Source: an uncultured Gemmatimonadota bacterium
GTDB taxonomy: Bacteria; Blakebacterota; Blakebacteria; Blakebacterales; Blakebacteraceae
Direction of reading: 5' to 3'
Length of the DNA: 64,000 bases
Assembly (NCBI GenBank): GCA_964576115.1
Contig: CAZNUA010000006.1
Coordinates: forward strand, 1 to 64,000
Shown: positions 9,313 to 20,150 of the stretch, piece by piece
How positions within the stretch are numbered: position 1 is the stretch's first letter
How the letters are laid out: each line of letters starts with the position of its first letter
The notes under the pieces: model-generated
Databases searched by the model: none
What the model saw: the letters and a program-made list of their open reading frames with translations, nothing else
What the model was told of the DNA's origin: nothing
Program-made: the position numbers and the translations under genes

Positions 9313-10239
9313 TCAGGGTCTGATGAAGCGGTGCAGCAGGGGCATCAGATCGTCACCGGCCCGGCCGATATCGCGGATGACGGTGAAGTGGTCGTCGTCG
9401 AGTTCATGAAACGTGGAGGGCACCCCTGACCGGCGAAGAGCCTCGTGGAACTGCTCGGCCTGTCCCGGCGCCCACCAGTCGTCGCGTGCCGCTTCGATGA
9501 CGAGGAAGGGCGGCGCATCGGGGCGGATATGTGTGAGGGGCGAGTAGCCGGGCCAGCGCTGCGGATCGGTACCGAAGGTGTTCTGCCGGCCGGAATCGAC
9601 GACCGCGAACTGCCCGCAGATCGGGATGACTCCCCGCACCCCGGCCGGGGTGTGTCCCAGGGCGGCGAGGAAGCGTGTATCCAGAATCACCGCCGCGGCC
9701 AGAAATCCCCCGGCCGAGTGTCCGCTGACCCAGATCCGGTCGGGATCGCCCCCGTATTCGGAACTATGATCGATCGTCCAGGCCAGGGCCGCCGCCACGT
9801 CTTCGGCGTGGGCCGGATAGAAGACTCGCGGGGTCAGACGGTAGTTGGGCGCGATGACGACCAGCCCCTGCCCCGCCAGGGTCCGGTAGATCCGTTCGGG
9901 GTAGTACTCGGGATCGCGCTTGTCGCTCATCCAGAAGGCCCCGCCGTGGATGAAGACAAAGACCGGCAGGAGGCCGCCCTCCTCGTTTCGGACGGGGAAG
10001 TAGAGATCGAGGACCTGAAAGGAGTCGTCGGAGGCCTCACCCCGGTAGGGAATGTCGAAACGGGTCTGGACCGCCTGTGAGCCCCGGTATCCAGGCACAT
10101 GCGAGGCCTCGGGAGACACGTTCATCGGATCATGCGGAACGGCCGTGAACCCGGCGCCGAGCAAGAGCCCTCCCGCGGCCAGGAGCAGGAGGGTCGGTCC
10201 CCATCGCCTGTGCGAATCACTCTCTCGTCCCGGCGCCAC
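9313..10239 (-). CDS. Secreted alpha/beta hydrolase (HSL/BD-FAE-like carboxylesterase)
   Basis: HGGAF oxyanion motif, GHSAGG nucleophile elbow, NYRL, C-terminal His (DDH), and an N-terminal hydrophobic signal. Confidence 0.85.
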   Translation of the reverse strand: MAPGRESDSHRRWGPTLLLLAAGGLLLGAGFTAVPHDPMNVSPEASHVPGYRGSQAVQTRFDIPYRGEASDDSFQVLDLYFPVRNEEGGLLPVFVFIHGGAFWMSDKRDPEYYPERIYRTLAGQGLVVIAPNYRLTPRVFYPAHAEDVAAALAWTIDHSSEYGGDPDRIWVSGHSAGGFLAAAVILDTRFLAALGHTPAGVRGVIPICGQFAVVDSGRQNTFGTDPQRWPGYSPLTHIRPDAPPFLVIEAARDDWWAPGQAEQFHEALRRSGVPSTFHELDDDHFTVIRDIGRAGDDLMPLLHRFIRP

Positions 10240-10248
10240 GGCGTATCC

Positions 10249-11802
10249 CTAGCGGAAGAAACGGTTGGAGCCGCCGCCTCGGCTGAAACCCGAGCCCTTC
10301 GTGACCGCGTCCAGATCGATCAGGGCCCGGCGCCAGTCCAGATAGGCGTTCAGGAAGTTGGCCCGGGCGTCGGTGAGCCGGTCCTGGGTCAGGAGCAGGT
10401 CCTGCACGCTGATCTCACCCTGCTGAAAACCGGCGTAATTGAGTTGATAGGAGCGGTCGGCGGCTTCGAGGCTGCGATCGAGCAGACCCAGGCGGTTCTG
10501 GGCTTCCAGAACCCGTTCGGCGGTGGCCGTGACCTCGCGCCGGATGGTCTTGAGATCTTCCTCGTTTTCCCGTTCGAGTTTGCGGATCGAGGTCAGCTGG
10601 GCTTCGACCCGGGCCTTGTTGTGGCCCCAGTCCCAGATCGGCAGGTGGAATTCGATGGCCGCCCCCCTGGCCTGGTCGGGGTCGAGGATGGCGTCGTAGA
10701 AGCGGCTCATGGTCTCGTCGCGTCCCTCCAACCCCATGGTCAGGCTGATCTCCCCGGTCAGGCGTCCCTCCGAACGCCGTTCCTCGAGTTCCATCTGGTT
10801 CGATTCCATCCACATCTGGTTGCGGCGCAGATCGGAACGCTGCTCGATGGCACGATCGATGTAGTCCTGGATGTCGATCTGGACCGGAGCGAACTCAAGG
10901 TTCATTTCGACAGCGATCGGTTCCTCGAGACTCAGCCCGATGAACTGTTTGAAGGCCGCTTCCTCGCGGGCCAGCTCACCGGCCGCTGAGGAAGCCCGGT
11001 CGCGGCAGGCGGCCAGATCGACCTCGAGCTGCAGCAGATCGGCTTCGGGCATCCGGCCGGCCGCAAAGCGCTCCTGCCCCGTGGCGTAGAGCTCTTCGAG
11101 CCGCTGGCACTCGGCCCGGGCCAGAGAATCGAGGTAGGTTTTCTCGTACAGCTCGAAGAAGTCCTGGGAAACCTGGGTCACGATCCGGATCTGCTCGTCG
11201 TTATAGGAAAGCTGGGTCCCTTCGAGCTGCAGTTCGGCCCGGCGGATGTTGTTGCGGATGCGGTTGGGCTGCAGGATCGGCTGTTCGTAGCGCAGGAAGA
11301 GCCGGCCGTAGTAGGTCTTCTTGCCCGGAGTGTAGGTGAAGAGCTCGTCCTGGGTGCGGTAGAGAACGCCGTTGAGCGAAACCTCGCCGTTGGTGGGCAG
11401 GGGCTGTCGGATCGAGAGAGCCCCCGAGTAACGGGCCGCCCGGGTGCTCAGGACCTTCGGATCGCCGGTCGAGGGATCGATGATTTCCTTGATCGACTGG
11501 TCGAAGTCGGGGATCACCAGATCGAAACTGGCGTTGGAACGCAGCCGGGCCCGGCTGGAGACCAGGTTGAACTGGTCGCGTTCCAGATCGAGCTGGACGC
11601 CCTCTATGCGCCACGAGCGTTCCAGAGCCAGAGTAATGGCGCTCTCGAGGTCGAGAACGGTCGGTCTCACGTCGCCGGAATCGAACGTGGCAGGACGCCA
11701 GGCGGGCTGGGCCCGGGCTCCCGCGATTGGCACGGCGCTCAGCAGGGCTGTCAGAACCAGGGCAAGGATGTACGTCGGACTCAGGTGAAAGCGTCGAACC
11801 AT
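10249..11802 (-). CDS. TolC family outer membrane protein
   Basis: Signal peptide from M at 11802, LDLESAITLAL, two OEP-like repeats, LPIWDWG, and YAGFQQGEISVQDLL. Confidence 0.85.
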   Translation of the reverse strand: MVRRFHLSPTYILALVLTALLSAVPIAGARAQPAWRPATFDSGDVRPTVLDLESAITLALERSWRIEGVQLDLERDQFNLVSSRARLRSNASFDLVIPDFDQSIKEIIDPSTGDPKVLSTRAARYSGALSIRQPLPTNGEVSLNGVLYRTQDELFTYTPGKKTYYGRLFLRYEQPILQPNRIRNNIRRAELQLEGTQLSYNDEQIRIVTQVSQDFFELYEKTYLDSLARAECQRLEELYATGQERFAAGRMPEADLLQLEVDLAACRDRASSAAGELAREEAAFKQFIGLSLEEPIAVEMNLEFAPVQIDIQDYIDRAIEQRSDLRRNQMWMESNQMELEERRSEGRLTGEISLTMGLEGRDETMSRFYDAILDPDQARGAAIEFHLPIWDWGHNKARVEAQLTSIRKLERENEEDLKTIRREVTATAERVLEAQNRLGLLDRSLEAADRSYQLNYAGFQQGEISVQDLLLTQDRLTDARANFLNAYLDWRRALIDLDAVTKGSGFSRGGGSNRFFR

Positions 11803-11924
11803 CAGAATGATCTCCCGGATCTTCAGAGGTTTGTGTGAGGGGCCGTCAGCGGCGTTCGGGTCCTGCGACTGAAACTGATACACCGTGGGGACGATCGTTA
11901 TTCAGGCCTCACAACCCTGTACGC

Positions 11925-13805
11925 TCAGGGCAGGTTCTTGTACCCGGTCAGTTTCGACTGCCGGCTGGGATGCTTGAGTTTGCGCAGGGCCTGGGCCTCG
12001 ATCTGCCGGATCCTCTCGCGCGTGACGTTGAAGATGTTCCCGACCTCCTCCAGGGTCCGGGGCTGGCCGTCGCCCAGACCGAACCTGAGTCTGATGACCC
12101 GCTCCTCGCGGGCGGTCAGGGTCGAGAGAACCTTGTTCATCTGTTCCTGCAGCATGTAGGCCGCAGCCTTCTGCGCCGGTGAATCGGCCTTGGGATCCTC
12201 GATGAAGTCGACCATCTGGGAGCCCTCGTCGTCGCCGACCGGCTTATCGAGACTGATCGGATTGTGCGCCACCTTGAGCACGGTGCGCAGTTTGCCGATC
12301 GGCATGTCGAGCCGCTCGGCCAGCTCGGGCGGAGTCGGCTCGCGGCCATCCTCCTGAACCATGGTCCGGCTGGCCCGCAGGATCTTGTTGATGGCTTCGA
12401 TGGTGTGGACCGGAACCCGGATGGTGCGGGCCTGATCGGCAATGGCGCGGGTGATTGCCTGGCGGATCCACCAGGTGGCGTAGGTCGAGAACTTATACCC
12501 TTTCTTGTAGTCGAATTTTTCGACCGCCCGCATCAGACCGGCGTTGCCTTCCTGGATCAGGTCGAGGAACTCCAGGCCCCGATTGGTGTATTTCTTGGCG
12601 ATCGAAATGACCAATCGCACGTTGGCCTCGACCATTTCCTCTTTGGCCCGTTCCCGCTCGCGCTCGAGCTTGCGGATGCGGCGCAGATCGTGGGCCAGAC
12701 GGTCCATGTCGGAACCGACGTTCTGCTCCAGACGCCGGATGCGTCGCTGGATGTTGGCGATGTCACGGTCGAAGGCGCCCAGGGTGTTCGGGGTATGACC
12801 GGTCTCCTTCTGGACCGTGGCGGCAGACATCTTCTTGCCCGAGCCACGCACGTATTCCCTGATCCGGCCGGCGTCCAGGCCGGCGTCCTTTTCGATGGCG
12901 CGGACCTCGATGGCGGTCTCCGCCATCTGTTCGAAGACCGTTTCCATGTCCTCGACCATGCATTCCATCCAACTGGGGTGGATGTTCATCTGGTTGAAGA
13001 CCTGCCAGCTCTTCTCGCAGGCCTGCGCGAAAGACACCTCGAGTTCTTCGCGCGTCGACCGGGAGCGGCAGCGGCGGATTTCCTGGCGCAGGGCATCGAT
13101 CTTCTTCTCCCTGCTGTTCATATCGTCTACCAGCGCGAGGAACCGCTCGCGGGCCGGACCGCTGCAGGCATCGCGCAGTTCGCCGTCCACGACTTCGTCG
13201 ACGCGCAGAGATCCTGCCTGAATCCGCCGTCCGAAGCTCGAAATCTGGCTGAACGCAGGCCGCGATCGCATCAGGGCTTTCTCGATGCCGTGCTGGGCCG
13301 CTTCGATGCGACGGGCGATACGGATCTCACCCTTGCGATCGAGCAGAGGAACCCGTCCCATTTCACGCATGTAGATCCAGACCGGGTCGTCGTACTTGAC
13401 CCTCCCGAGCGGTTCCTGGGTGCCCTTTTCACGGCGGCTTTTCCACTCCTTGTCGAGGCTGTCATCCTCCCAATCGGAATCCTCGTCTTCGAGGATATCC
13501 CCGAGGGTGTCGTCCTCATCCTCTTCACCCTCAGCCTCGTCGCCGGTCTCTTCGTCGTCGGCCTGTTCCTCCGATTGGGCCCGCTGGGCGTCGTATTCCT
13601 CCAGAGCCTGTCGTCCTTTCTCGGAATCCTCCTCGACGATCTCTACGCCCACGGCCCTGATGGCCTCGTAGATATCGTCCAGTTGACAGGGATCTTCCAT
13701 GTCGTCGGGCAGCAGATCGTTCACCATCTGGTAGGTGAGGATCCGGGCGCTCTTGATGCGCGCGATGAGTTCTTCGAAGCCCTTCCGATTCAGCAGGTCG
13801 CTCAC
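11925..13805 (-). CDS. rpoD: RNA polymerase primary sigma factor (sigma-70)
   Basis: [57 protein letters not shown]...[10 protein letters not shown]. Confidence 0.98.
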   Translation of the reverse strand: MSDLLNRKGFEELIARIKSARILTYQMVNDLLPDDMEDPCQLDDIYEAIRAVGVEIVEEDSEKGRQALEEYDAQRAQSEEQADDEETGDEAEGEEDEDDTLGDILEDEDSDWEDDSLDKEWKSRREKGTQEPLGRVKYDDPVWIYMREMGRVPLLDRKGEIRIARRIEAAQHGIEKALMRSRPAFSQISSFGRRIQAGSLRVDEVVDGELRDACSGPARERFLALVDDMNSREKKIDALRQEIRRCRSRSTREELEVSFAQACEKSWQVFNQMNIHPSWMECMVEDMETVFEQMAETAIEVRAIEKDAGLDAGRIREYVRGSGKKMSAATVQKETGHTPNTLGAFDRDIANIQRRIRRLEQNVGSDMDRLAHDLRRIRKLERERERAKEEMVEANVRLVISIAKKYTNRGLEFLDLIQEGNAGLMRAVEKFDYKKGYKFSTYATWWIRQAITRAIADQARTIRVPVHTIEAINKILRASRTMVQEDGREPTPPELAERLDMPIGKLRTVLKVAHNPISLDKPVGDDEGSQMVDFIEDPKADSPAQKAAAYMLQEQMNKVLSTLTAREERVIRLRFGLGDGQPRTLEEVGNIFNVTRERIRQIEAQALRKLKHPSRQSKLTGYKNLP

Positions 13806-15547
13806 TATCTCAGCTCCTGATACTCTTTCAGCAGTCGGGCGAGAGTGTCTTCATCCCCGGCCCGTTTCGCCTGTTCTATCGCTGTTCTGAGCCGTTTGCG
13901 TTTCGACTTCAGGCGGCGGCTCTCCAGACCCGCCTTGATTTCGGCTGCCAGTTCGACATCCCGGTCTTCCCGCTCGCCGGCGTCGTCGGCCAGGATCGAG
14001 GCCAGCAGGTTGCGGGCCCGGGCCGGCGCCTGTTCGATCAGGTGATCGATCCCGGCCGCACCGGGCTCGGAGGCGATCAACGTGAAAAGAGCCCGGGTGC
14101 GTTGGTCGTGAAAATCGTTCTCTTCGAGACCGTCCATCAGCTCGGGGCGCAGATCGGCCCGGGTGATCAACAGACGGATGAGTTCTGTCTCTAGCCGTCC
14201 GGGCGCAGGGGCCGCCCGCTCGGTTCCCGTCTCGTCGGGACGCTGCTCCCAGGCCGATTCCCGGGCTGCGATGGTCTCCAGTTCCCGTTTCAGAGTGTTC
14301 TCGTCCAGGCCGATCCGCACCGAGAGTTGCTGCAGACTCAGGGCCCGCCGCAGTTCGTCGCTGTCGTACCGCAGCAGTTCGAGCAGCCCGCGGGCGGCCT
14401 GGGCCCGCCCCCCGACGTCACGCTCCTCGAGGGTGGGCGAGAGCTGGGCCAGGTAGAAGGGAACGATCGTCTCGGCGTGCCGCAGCCTCGAGCGGAAGGC
14501 TTCGGCTCCCTCGGAGCGGATCAGGGTGTCGGGGTCATCGCCCGAGGGCATTCCCAGAAAGGCCACCTCGAGTCCCTCGTGCACCAGGCTCGTATACGAT
14601 CCCAGCGCGGCTTTGATGCCGGCCGGGTCGGCGTCGAAGAGGAGCAGGACCTTTTTGACAAGTCGTTTCAGGATCAAAGCCTGATCGTGGGTGAAAGCGG
14701 TGCCGCTGGCGGCGATGACGGCTTCGATCCCGGCCTGATGCAGGCTCATGACGTCGAAGTAGCCTTCGACCAGCAGGGCCCGTTCTTCCTTGAGCAGGGC
14801 CTTCACTGCCTGGGGCAGGCCGTAGAGGACTTTGCCTTTCGAGTAGAGCGGTGTCTCGGGGCTGTTGAGGTATTTCGGGCCGTCTTCCTCCTCGCCCAGG
14901 AGCCGCCCCCCGAACCCGATGACTCGTCCCCGGCGGTCCATGAAGGGAAAGACGATACGGTTACGGAAGGTGTCATAGTACCCCCCGCCCTCGCGCCGCT
15001 TCACCAGACCGGCTTCGGCCATGAGGGTATCCGGTACGCCTTTGGCATTCAGGTGGCTATGGAGTCCGTCCCATCCCGGGGGGGCGAAGCCGATCCGGAA
15101 TGTCCGGGCCGTCACGCCGGTGATTCCCCGTTCTTTCAGATAGTCGACCGCCGGGCGGCCCTGGGGAGCTTTCAGATTGGCGGCGAACCAGTCGGCGCTC
15201 TCTTCAAGAACCCCGCGCAGCCGGTCGGTGCGGTCGGTGCCGGGCTCGGCGCTGCGCCGGGGCATGGGTATCCCCGCCCGCCGGGCCAGCTCTTCGACAG
15301 CCTGCGGGAAACTCATGCCCTCCCGTTCGGTCAGGAAGGTGATCGCATTTCCCCCCGCGCCGCATCCGAAGCAGTAATACATGCCCCGCTCCCGGTTCAC
15401 GCTGAAGGAGGGGGTCTTCTCATTATGAAAGGGACAGAGCCCGAACCAGTTCTTCCCTTTTTTCTTCAGTTTCACGTAGGGCGAGATCAGCTCGACGATA
15501 TCGGTAGCCGTACGCACCTCTTCGAGGAAATGTTCGTCGAACTTCAC
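13805..15547 (-). CDS. dnaG: DNA primase
   Basis: [11 protein letters not shown]...CFGC zinc finger, KYLNSPET, and TOPRIM motifs EGYFD and FDADPAG. Confidence 0.98.
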   Translation of the reverse strand: MKFDEHFLEEVRTATDIVELISPYVKLKKKGKNWFGLCPFHNEKTPSFSVNRERGMYYCFGCGAGGNAITFLTEREGMSFPQAVEELARRAGIPMPRRSAEPGTDRTDRLRGVLEESADWFAANLKAPQGRPAVDYLKERGITGVTARTFRIGFAPPGWDGLHSHLNAKGVPDTLMAEAGLVKRREGGGYYDTFRNRIVFPFMDRRGRVIGFGGRLLGEEEDGPKYLNSPETPLYSKGKVLYGLPQAVKALLKEERALLVEGYFDVMSLHQAGIEAVIAASGTAFTHDQALILKRLVKKVLLLFDADPAGIKAALGSYTSLVHEGLEVAFLGMPSGDDPDTLIRSEGAEAFRSRLRHAETIVPFYLAQLSPTLEERDVGGRAQAARGLLELLRYDSDELRRALSLQQLSVRIGLDENTLKRELETIAARESAWEQRPDETGTERAAPAPGRLETELIRLLITRADLRPELMDGLEENDFHDQRTRALFTLIASEPGAAGIDHLIEQAPARARNLLASILADDAGEREDRDVELAAEIKAGLESRRLKSKRKRLRTAIEQAKRAGDEDTLARLLKEYQELR

Positions 15548-17904
15548 GATTCATCCCCCGTCAGTTTCACCTCGGTCACACCGACTCCCCCGGGACGTCC
15601 CTGCTCGAGGGCGAAACTGGCCACTTCGGGATGCTCGCGGAGCACTTCGGCCACGACCCGGCGCAGCACACCCGCCCCCGAACCGTGAATGATCCGCACC
15701 CGCCCGAGCCCGGCCAGTAGGGCGTCGTCGAGGTACTTCTCGACCCGGCGGCGGGCCTCGTCGGCCCGCAGACCGATGATCTCCAGCCGGTCGGGAACCG
15801 TTTTGAGCGGGGTGCGGACTCCGCTGCGTGGGACCGCAGTCGGTTCGTCGGGGAGCGGATCGATCTCGGCCCGATCCACGTCCAGAGAAAGGGAACCGGC
15901 CTGGACTCTGATGCGTTCGGCTCCGGTCGAGAGCACCGTTGCCGGCCGCTGCAGGTTGCGAAGCATGACCCGATCGCCTTCGCGCAGTTCACCCTGCCGC
16001 TGGGGCCGATCACCGGCGGCCTGATCGGAAGCGATCGCCCCGACTTCCGCCTCGATCCGGCCGACCTCGGCGTGAGCCTGTTTGATGGCTTCCCGCTCGG
16101 CGGATCGTTCCCGGATCTCACGGACCGCGGTCTCGATACGGCGCCGGGCGCCCTCGATGATGGCGCGGGCTTCCTCGGCGGCCCGGTGGCGCTCCAGCCG
16201 GGCGTTCTCGTCCAGTTCGGCGCGCAGGGTCTCGTAGCGCTCTCGTTCGGTCCGGGCCAGACGGGCGTTCCGTTCGGCCGACAGGGTGTGAGTGCGCAGC
16301 TCCTCGCGCAGAGCCTCGGTTTCCTTCAGCACCTCCTCGAGACTTCGTTCTTCGGGGCCCAGCCAATCCCGGGCCCTTTCGATGATCGGATCGGGCAGGC
16401 CGGATCGGGCGGCAATCTCGAAGGCGAAACTCCGTCCCGGTTCGCCGGCCAGAAACTCGTAGGTCGGGGTCAGGGCGGTATCGGAGAAGACCATCCGGCC
16501 GTTGCCCATGCCCGGGGTGCGAGCGGCATGATTCTTGATGCGTCCGTCGTGCGTGATGCAGACCGTCCAGGCTCCGGCGTGCGTGAGGGCCTCGAGGATG
16601 GCGATCGCCAGAGCCGCGCCCTGAGCCGGGTCGGTTCCCGAACCCGCTTCGTCGATCAGGCAGAGCTGGCCCTCGCTCATGTCGGCCAGCATCTCCCGCA
16701 GGCGTCTGAGGCGGCCGGTGAAGGTCGAGAGGTCGGCCTCGAGCGACTGTTCGTCGCCGATATCGATGTGGAGCCGATGGATCCAGGGAATCCGGCTCGG
16801 TTCGGCGGCCGGAATCGGCAGACCGCACAACCCCAGGGCGGTACAGAAACCGATCGTCTGCAGAGCGACCGTCTTTCCCCCCGCATTCGGTCCCGAAATC
16901 ACCAGGGTTCGCTCCCGGGGAGTCAGCGACAGGGTCAGCGGTACGACCTCGTCGGTTCCATGAACGGACGCCAGCAGCGGGTGACGGGCTTCGATCAGGT
17001 CGAGTCCCCCGCTCTCGCTCACAAGCGGCAGAACGAGCGGTCCGGAGGCGGTGTACAGAGCCGCGGCCCGGGCCGCATCGAGCACGGCCAGGCGGTCGAG
17101 ATCGGTCTCGAGGTCCTCTCTCCGTTCGGCGCACCGGCTCGTGAGTTCGGACCTGATTCGTTCTTCTTCCTGTTCGGCGTCGCGGCGAAGTTCCCGCAAT
17201 TCGAGGGCGGCGTCGGCGAGTTCGTCCGGTTCGATGAAAAGCGTCTGGCCGCTGCGTGACCGGTCCAGGGCGGCGCCGCTCAGGCGACGGCGCTGTTCGG
17301 CGGGGACGGCAATCGCGAAGCGCCCCTCGCGCAGAACCGGTTCCGGTTCGGCGGCCACTCCTTCGCGGTGCAGCCGTTCGGCCAGGGTGTGGGCGGTGGC
17401 GCGAAGTCGTTCTTCGGCCCGGTTGACGGCGCGTCGCAACCGGGCCAGCTCGGGACTGGCGTCGTCGCGCAGTTCCCCGCCCGGTTCGAGCGCCCCGTCG
17501 AGGGCCTCGAATTCGGTTTGGTACGACGCTATCCGGCCGTACCGCTCCAGCCAGGTCGGTAGAGCCCCGGTTCCGCCCCCCTGCAGGTACCGGTTCATTG
17601 CTTCCAGGGCGCCGGTCACGAGCCTCAGATCCCACAGCCCGGCGCCGTCGAGTCGCACGCCGGCGACCTGCAGGCGCTCCAGGCAGTCGTCGATGTCGGG
17701 TAGAGGTTCGAAGGGCGGCCGCACGTCGGCGGTCAGACTGCGTTCGAGTTCGGTGTGAAGTCGCTGGTGGCGCTCGAGTTCGGTCAGGTCGGTGAAGGGT
17801 TGCACCTCGAGCAGGCGTATCCGCCCGCGCGGGGTACAGGCTCCTTCGGCGATCTTCTCGATCAGATCATCGAAGGCCAGACGATCCAGATCGAATTGTC
17901 TCAA
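15544..17904 (-). CDS. mutS2: MutS2 (MutS ATPase + Smr domain)
   Basis: SGPNAGGKT, DIGDEQSLEADLSTF, DEAGSGTDP, and a C-terminal Smr motif IIHGSGAGVL. Confidence 0.95.
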   Translation of the reverse strand: MRQFDLDRLAFDDLIEKIAEGACTPRGRIRLLEVQPFTDLTELERHQRLHTELERSLTADVRPPFEPLPDIDDCLERLQVAGVRLDGAGLWDLRLVTGALEAMNRYLQGGGTGALPTWLERYGRIASYQTEFEALDGALEPGGELRDDASPELARLRRAVNRAEERLRATAHTLAERLHREGVAAEPEPVLREGRFAIAVPAEQRRRLSGAALDRSRSGQTLFIEPDELADAALELRELRRDAEQEEERIRSELTSRCAERREDLETDLDRLAVLDAARAAALYTASGPLVLPLVSESGGLDLIEARHPLLASVHGTDEVVPLTLSLTPRERTLVISGPNAGGKTVALQTIGFCTALGLCGLPIPAAEPSRIPWIHRLHIDIGDEQSLEADLSTFTGRLRRLREMLADMSEGQLCLIDEAGSGTDPAQGAALAIAILEALTHAGAWTVCITHDGRIKNHAARTPGMGNGRMVFSDTALTPTYEFLAGEPGRSFAFEIAARSGLPDPIIERARDWLGPEERSLEEVLKETEALREELRTHTLSAERNARLARTERERYETLRAELDENARLERHRAAEEARAIIEGARRRIETAVREIRERSAEREAIKQAHAEVGRIEAEVGAIASDQAAGDRPQRQGELREGDRVMLRNLQRPATVLSTGAERIRVQAGSLSLDVDRAEIDPLPDEPTAVPRSGVRTPLKTVPDRLEIIGLRADEARRRVEKYLDDALLAGLGRVRIIHGSGAGVLRRVVAEVLREHPEVASFALEQGRPGGVGVTEVKLTGDES

Positions 17905-18359
17905 TCGGCAATCCGCTGTAGTTCGTCACGGGCCAGTTCGCTCACGACCCGACCCTCGGCCTGGCCCTGCAGACGTTCCATGCTCGCCTTCATGAGACAT
18001 CCCATATCCTCCGGTCCTCTCAGACCCTCGGCGGCGATGATGTCACGCAGCACGTCGCGGATTCCGGCTTCCTCCATCTGCTCGGGCAGGTAGCTCTCGA
18101 TCAGGTCGAGTTCGTAGGTCTCTTTTTCGACCAGATCGGCTCGATCCCCGCTCGCGAACGCTTCGATCGATTCCCGCCGGCCCCGGGCCTGGCGGGTCAG
18201 AACAGCGATCACATCGTCATCGCTCAGGTCCGCCTGCTTCTCTTTCTGCGCGTACTGGATCTGAGAGATGATGAAGCGCAGAGCCCCGACCCTGGCTCTA
18301 TCGCCCCCCTTGAGAGCGTTCGTGAGATCGTTCTGGATAGTGTTGAGAAGACTGGACAT
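17901..18359 (-). CDS. yqeY: GatB/YqeY domain protein
   Basis: From MSSLL after a GGGAG RBS: RRESIEAF...GDRADLVEKE...YLPEQM...DMGCLMK. Confidence 0.92.
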   Translation of the reverse strand: MSSLLNTIQNDLTNALKGGDRARVGALRFIISQIQYAQKEKQADLSDDDVIAVLTRQARGRRESIEAFASGDRADLVEKETYELDLIESYLPEQMEEAGIRDVLRDIIAAEGLRGPEDMGCLMKASMERLQGQAEGRVVSELARDELQRIAD

Positions 18360-18475
18360 CGACACTCCCGGGCGCAGGTCGAACGGGCGGGCACGAGACG
18401 CAAAATGAGCGTCCGGACAATCTCCGCAAGGTAAAACCACACCTGCGGCGCAACTGCGGCTCCTTTTCTTGTCCG

Positions 18476-18505
18476 ACTATAAGGTATAATGACGCTTTTC
18501 TACAA
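18476..18505 (-). promoter_or_regulatory. Putative sigma-70 promoter for yqeY-mutS2-dnaG-rpoD
   Basis: TTGTAG-N18-TATAGT on the minus strand within a strongly AT-rich patch. Confidence 0.45.
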
Positions 18506-18515
18506 GTATTTAATA

Positions 18516-19244
18516 TTATTTATCTTCACAGAGTAATATGGAAAGAGCAGCAACCGCAGCTGTTTCACTTCTCAACCGCCGGGCGCCACAATGAACGATC
18601 CGGGCTCCGGCTGCCTCGGCGTCATCCCGCTCGGCCCGACTCAATCCTCCTTCGGGACCGATGAGCAGACCGAGGTCATCGACGCCGCGCGCGCGCAGCT
18701 CCCGGCCCACATCGCCCAGGCTTTGATAGCCGTCGTCGTCGGCGACCAGAAGCGGAAAGCGGACCGCTTCGGGAAGAAAAACGGACCAGGGTCGGGGCTC
18801 GGACACGCTCGGAATCAAACCGCGGCCGCACTGTTTGGCGGCTTCGGCGGCGATCCTCTCGAGCCGGCCGGTTCTGACCCGGCCTCGTTCGACCCTTTCG
18901 GTCAGAACCGGGACGAACGCCGCGAGACCGAGGGCTGTCCCTCCGGACAGGGCCTGCTCGAGAGCCGCCGGTCGGATCTGCGCCTGATAAAGCGTGATGC
19001 GGACCGGCGGTTCACGCCACTGCTCCACGATCTCGCGAACCCGCACGCGGGCTCCGTCGGGACCGGTTTCGAGTTCGCATCGCAGACCTCGACCGTCACC
19101 TACCACCGCCCAGACCTCTTCTCCCTCACGAACCCGGCGAACCCGTATCAGATGGTGACTTTCGTCGGGCTCGAGGGCCACGCTCAGGCCCGGTTCGGGA
19201 TCCGGGGCCCCGTCGGGCCAGAGAACGCAGTGCAGTTCGCTCAT
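18516..19244 (-). CDS. rsmE: 16S rRNA m3U1498 methyltransferase
   Basis: HHLIRVRR, EAAKQCGR, LLIGPEGGLS, LRSETAA. Confidence 0.95.
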   Translation of the reverse strand: MSELHCVLWPDGAPDPEPGLSVALEPDESHHLIRVRRVREGEEVWAVVGDGRGLRCELETGPDGARVRVREIVEQWREPPVRITLYQAQIRPAALEQALSGGTALGLAAFVPVLTERVERGRVRTGRLERIAAEAAKQCGRGLIPSVSEPRPWSVFLPEAVRFPLLVADDDGYQSLGDVGRELRARGVDDLGLLIGPEGGLSRAERDDAEAAGARIVHCGARRLRSETAAVAALSILLCEDK

Positions 19245-20131
19245 GACCGCAGCGCCGTGACCGCGACCCAGCCCCCCGCCCCATCGGTCACCTCGGCCTC
19301 GAAGCCGTGGGCGCGCAGCAGGTCGAGAATCGAATCGCTCTCGGTCTCCTGCAATCCCGAGGCCAGCAACACCCCTCCGGAAGCGGTCGCCTCGGCCAGG
19401 GCCTGGATCTGCTGTTGAAAAAAGGTAAAATAGACATTGGCCAGCACGAGCCGGAAGGGACCGGTTTCGGGCCGGTCGGGGAAACGGGCGACCGAAATAT
19501 CGATCCGGTCCTCGAGTTCATTAAGGGCCACGTTTTCCCGGGCGCTGGTTACGGCCTCACTGTCCTGGTCGATACCGACCGCCCGTTCGGCTCCCAGCCG
19601 GACGGCCGCCAGCGAGAGAATCCCCGAGCCGCAACCTATGTCGAGAACCGTTCCGCGTTCGTCCAGGTCGGGCAGGTCCTGCAGCCGTTCGACGATCATG
19701 GCCGTGGTGGGATGGTGCCCGGTTCCGAAAGCCATGCCGGGCTGGAGCAGAATGACGGTTCTATCTCCGGAATCGTATGTGCGTTCCCAGGGGGGGAGGA
19801 CGAGCAGGCGTTCGCCGAGGGGCAGAGGCGGGAAATGATGCTGCCACTGACGGGCCCAGTCCACCTCGGACGCCGGTTCAGGCGTTCCCAGGGTGAAGGG
19901 TTCGGCCTGTTGTCCCAACGAGGTGAGGAAAGCCGAAAGACGGCCCCGGGCATCGTCGACGGCGTCGGTGTCGAAAAAAATGATCAGGGTACACGATCCC
20001 GGCGGGGTGTCGGACCGCTCATCGTCGAGGATCTGCACTCCGGGTGAACCCCACTCGACGACCTCGGCGCTGACCCAGTCCACGAACGAGACCGGCAGGG
20101 TCAGTTCCAGCTGCGACCAGAACCGGCTCAT
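19241..20131 (-). CDS. prmA: Ribosomal protein L11 methyltransferase
   Basis: PGMAFGTGHHPTT and VLDIGCGSGIL, in dnaJ-prmA-rsmE synteny. Confidence 0.95.
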   Translation of the reverse strand: MSRFWSQLELTLPVSFVDWVSAEVVEWGSPGVQILDDERSDTPPGSCTLIIFFDTDAVDDARGRLSAFLTSLGQQAEPFTLGTPEPASEVDWARQWQHHFPPLPLGERLLVLPPWERTYDSGDRTVILLQPGMAFGTGHHPTTAMIVERLQDLPDLDERGTVLDIGCGSGILSLAAVRLGAERAVGIDQDSEAVTSARENVALNELEDRIDISVARFPDRPETGPFRLVLANVYFTFFQQQIQALAEATASGGVLLASGLQETESDSILDLLRAHGFEAEVTDGAGGWVAVTALRS

Positions 20132-20150
20132 CGTCCTGCCGGATTCTGTC

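Noticed and set aside
12264-13820. Long antisense or alternate-frame ORFs (also 14327-15688, 16118-17635, 26200-28491, 34711-36495, 45027-47000, 47745-49400, 49572-51776)
   Set aside because: They overlap well-supported genes and carry no recognisable motifs. Such shadow ORFs are expected in high-GC DNA.
18360-18515. rpsU (S21) between rsmE and yqeY
   Set aside because: The 156-nt spacer contains no basic S21-like ORF.
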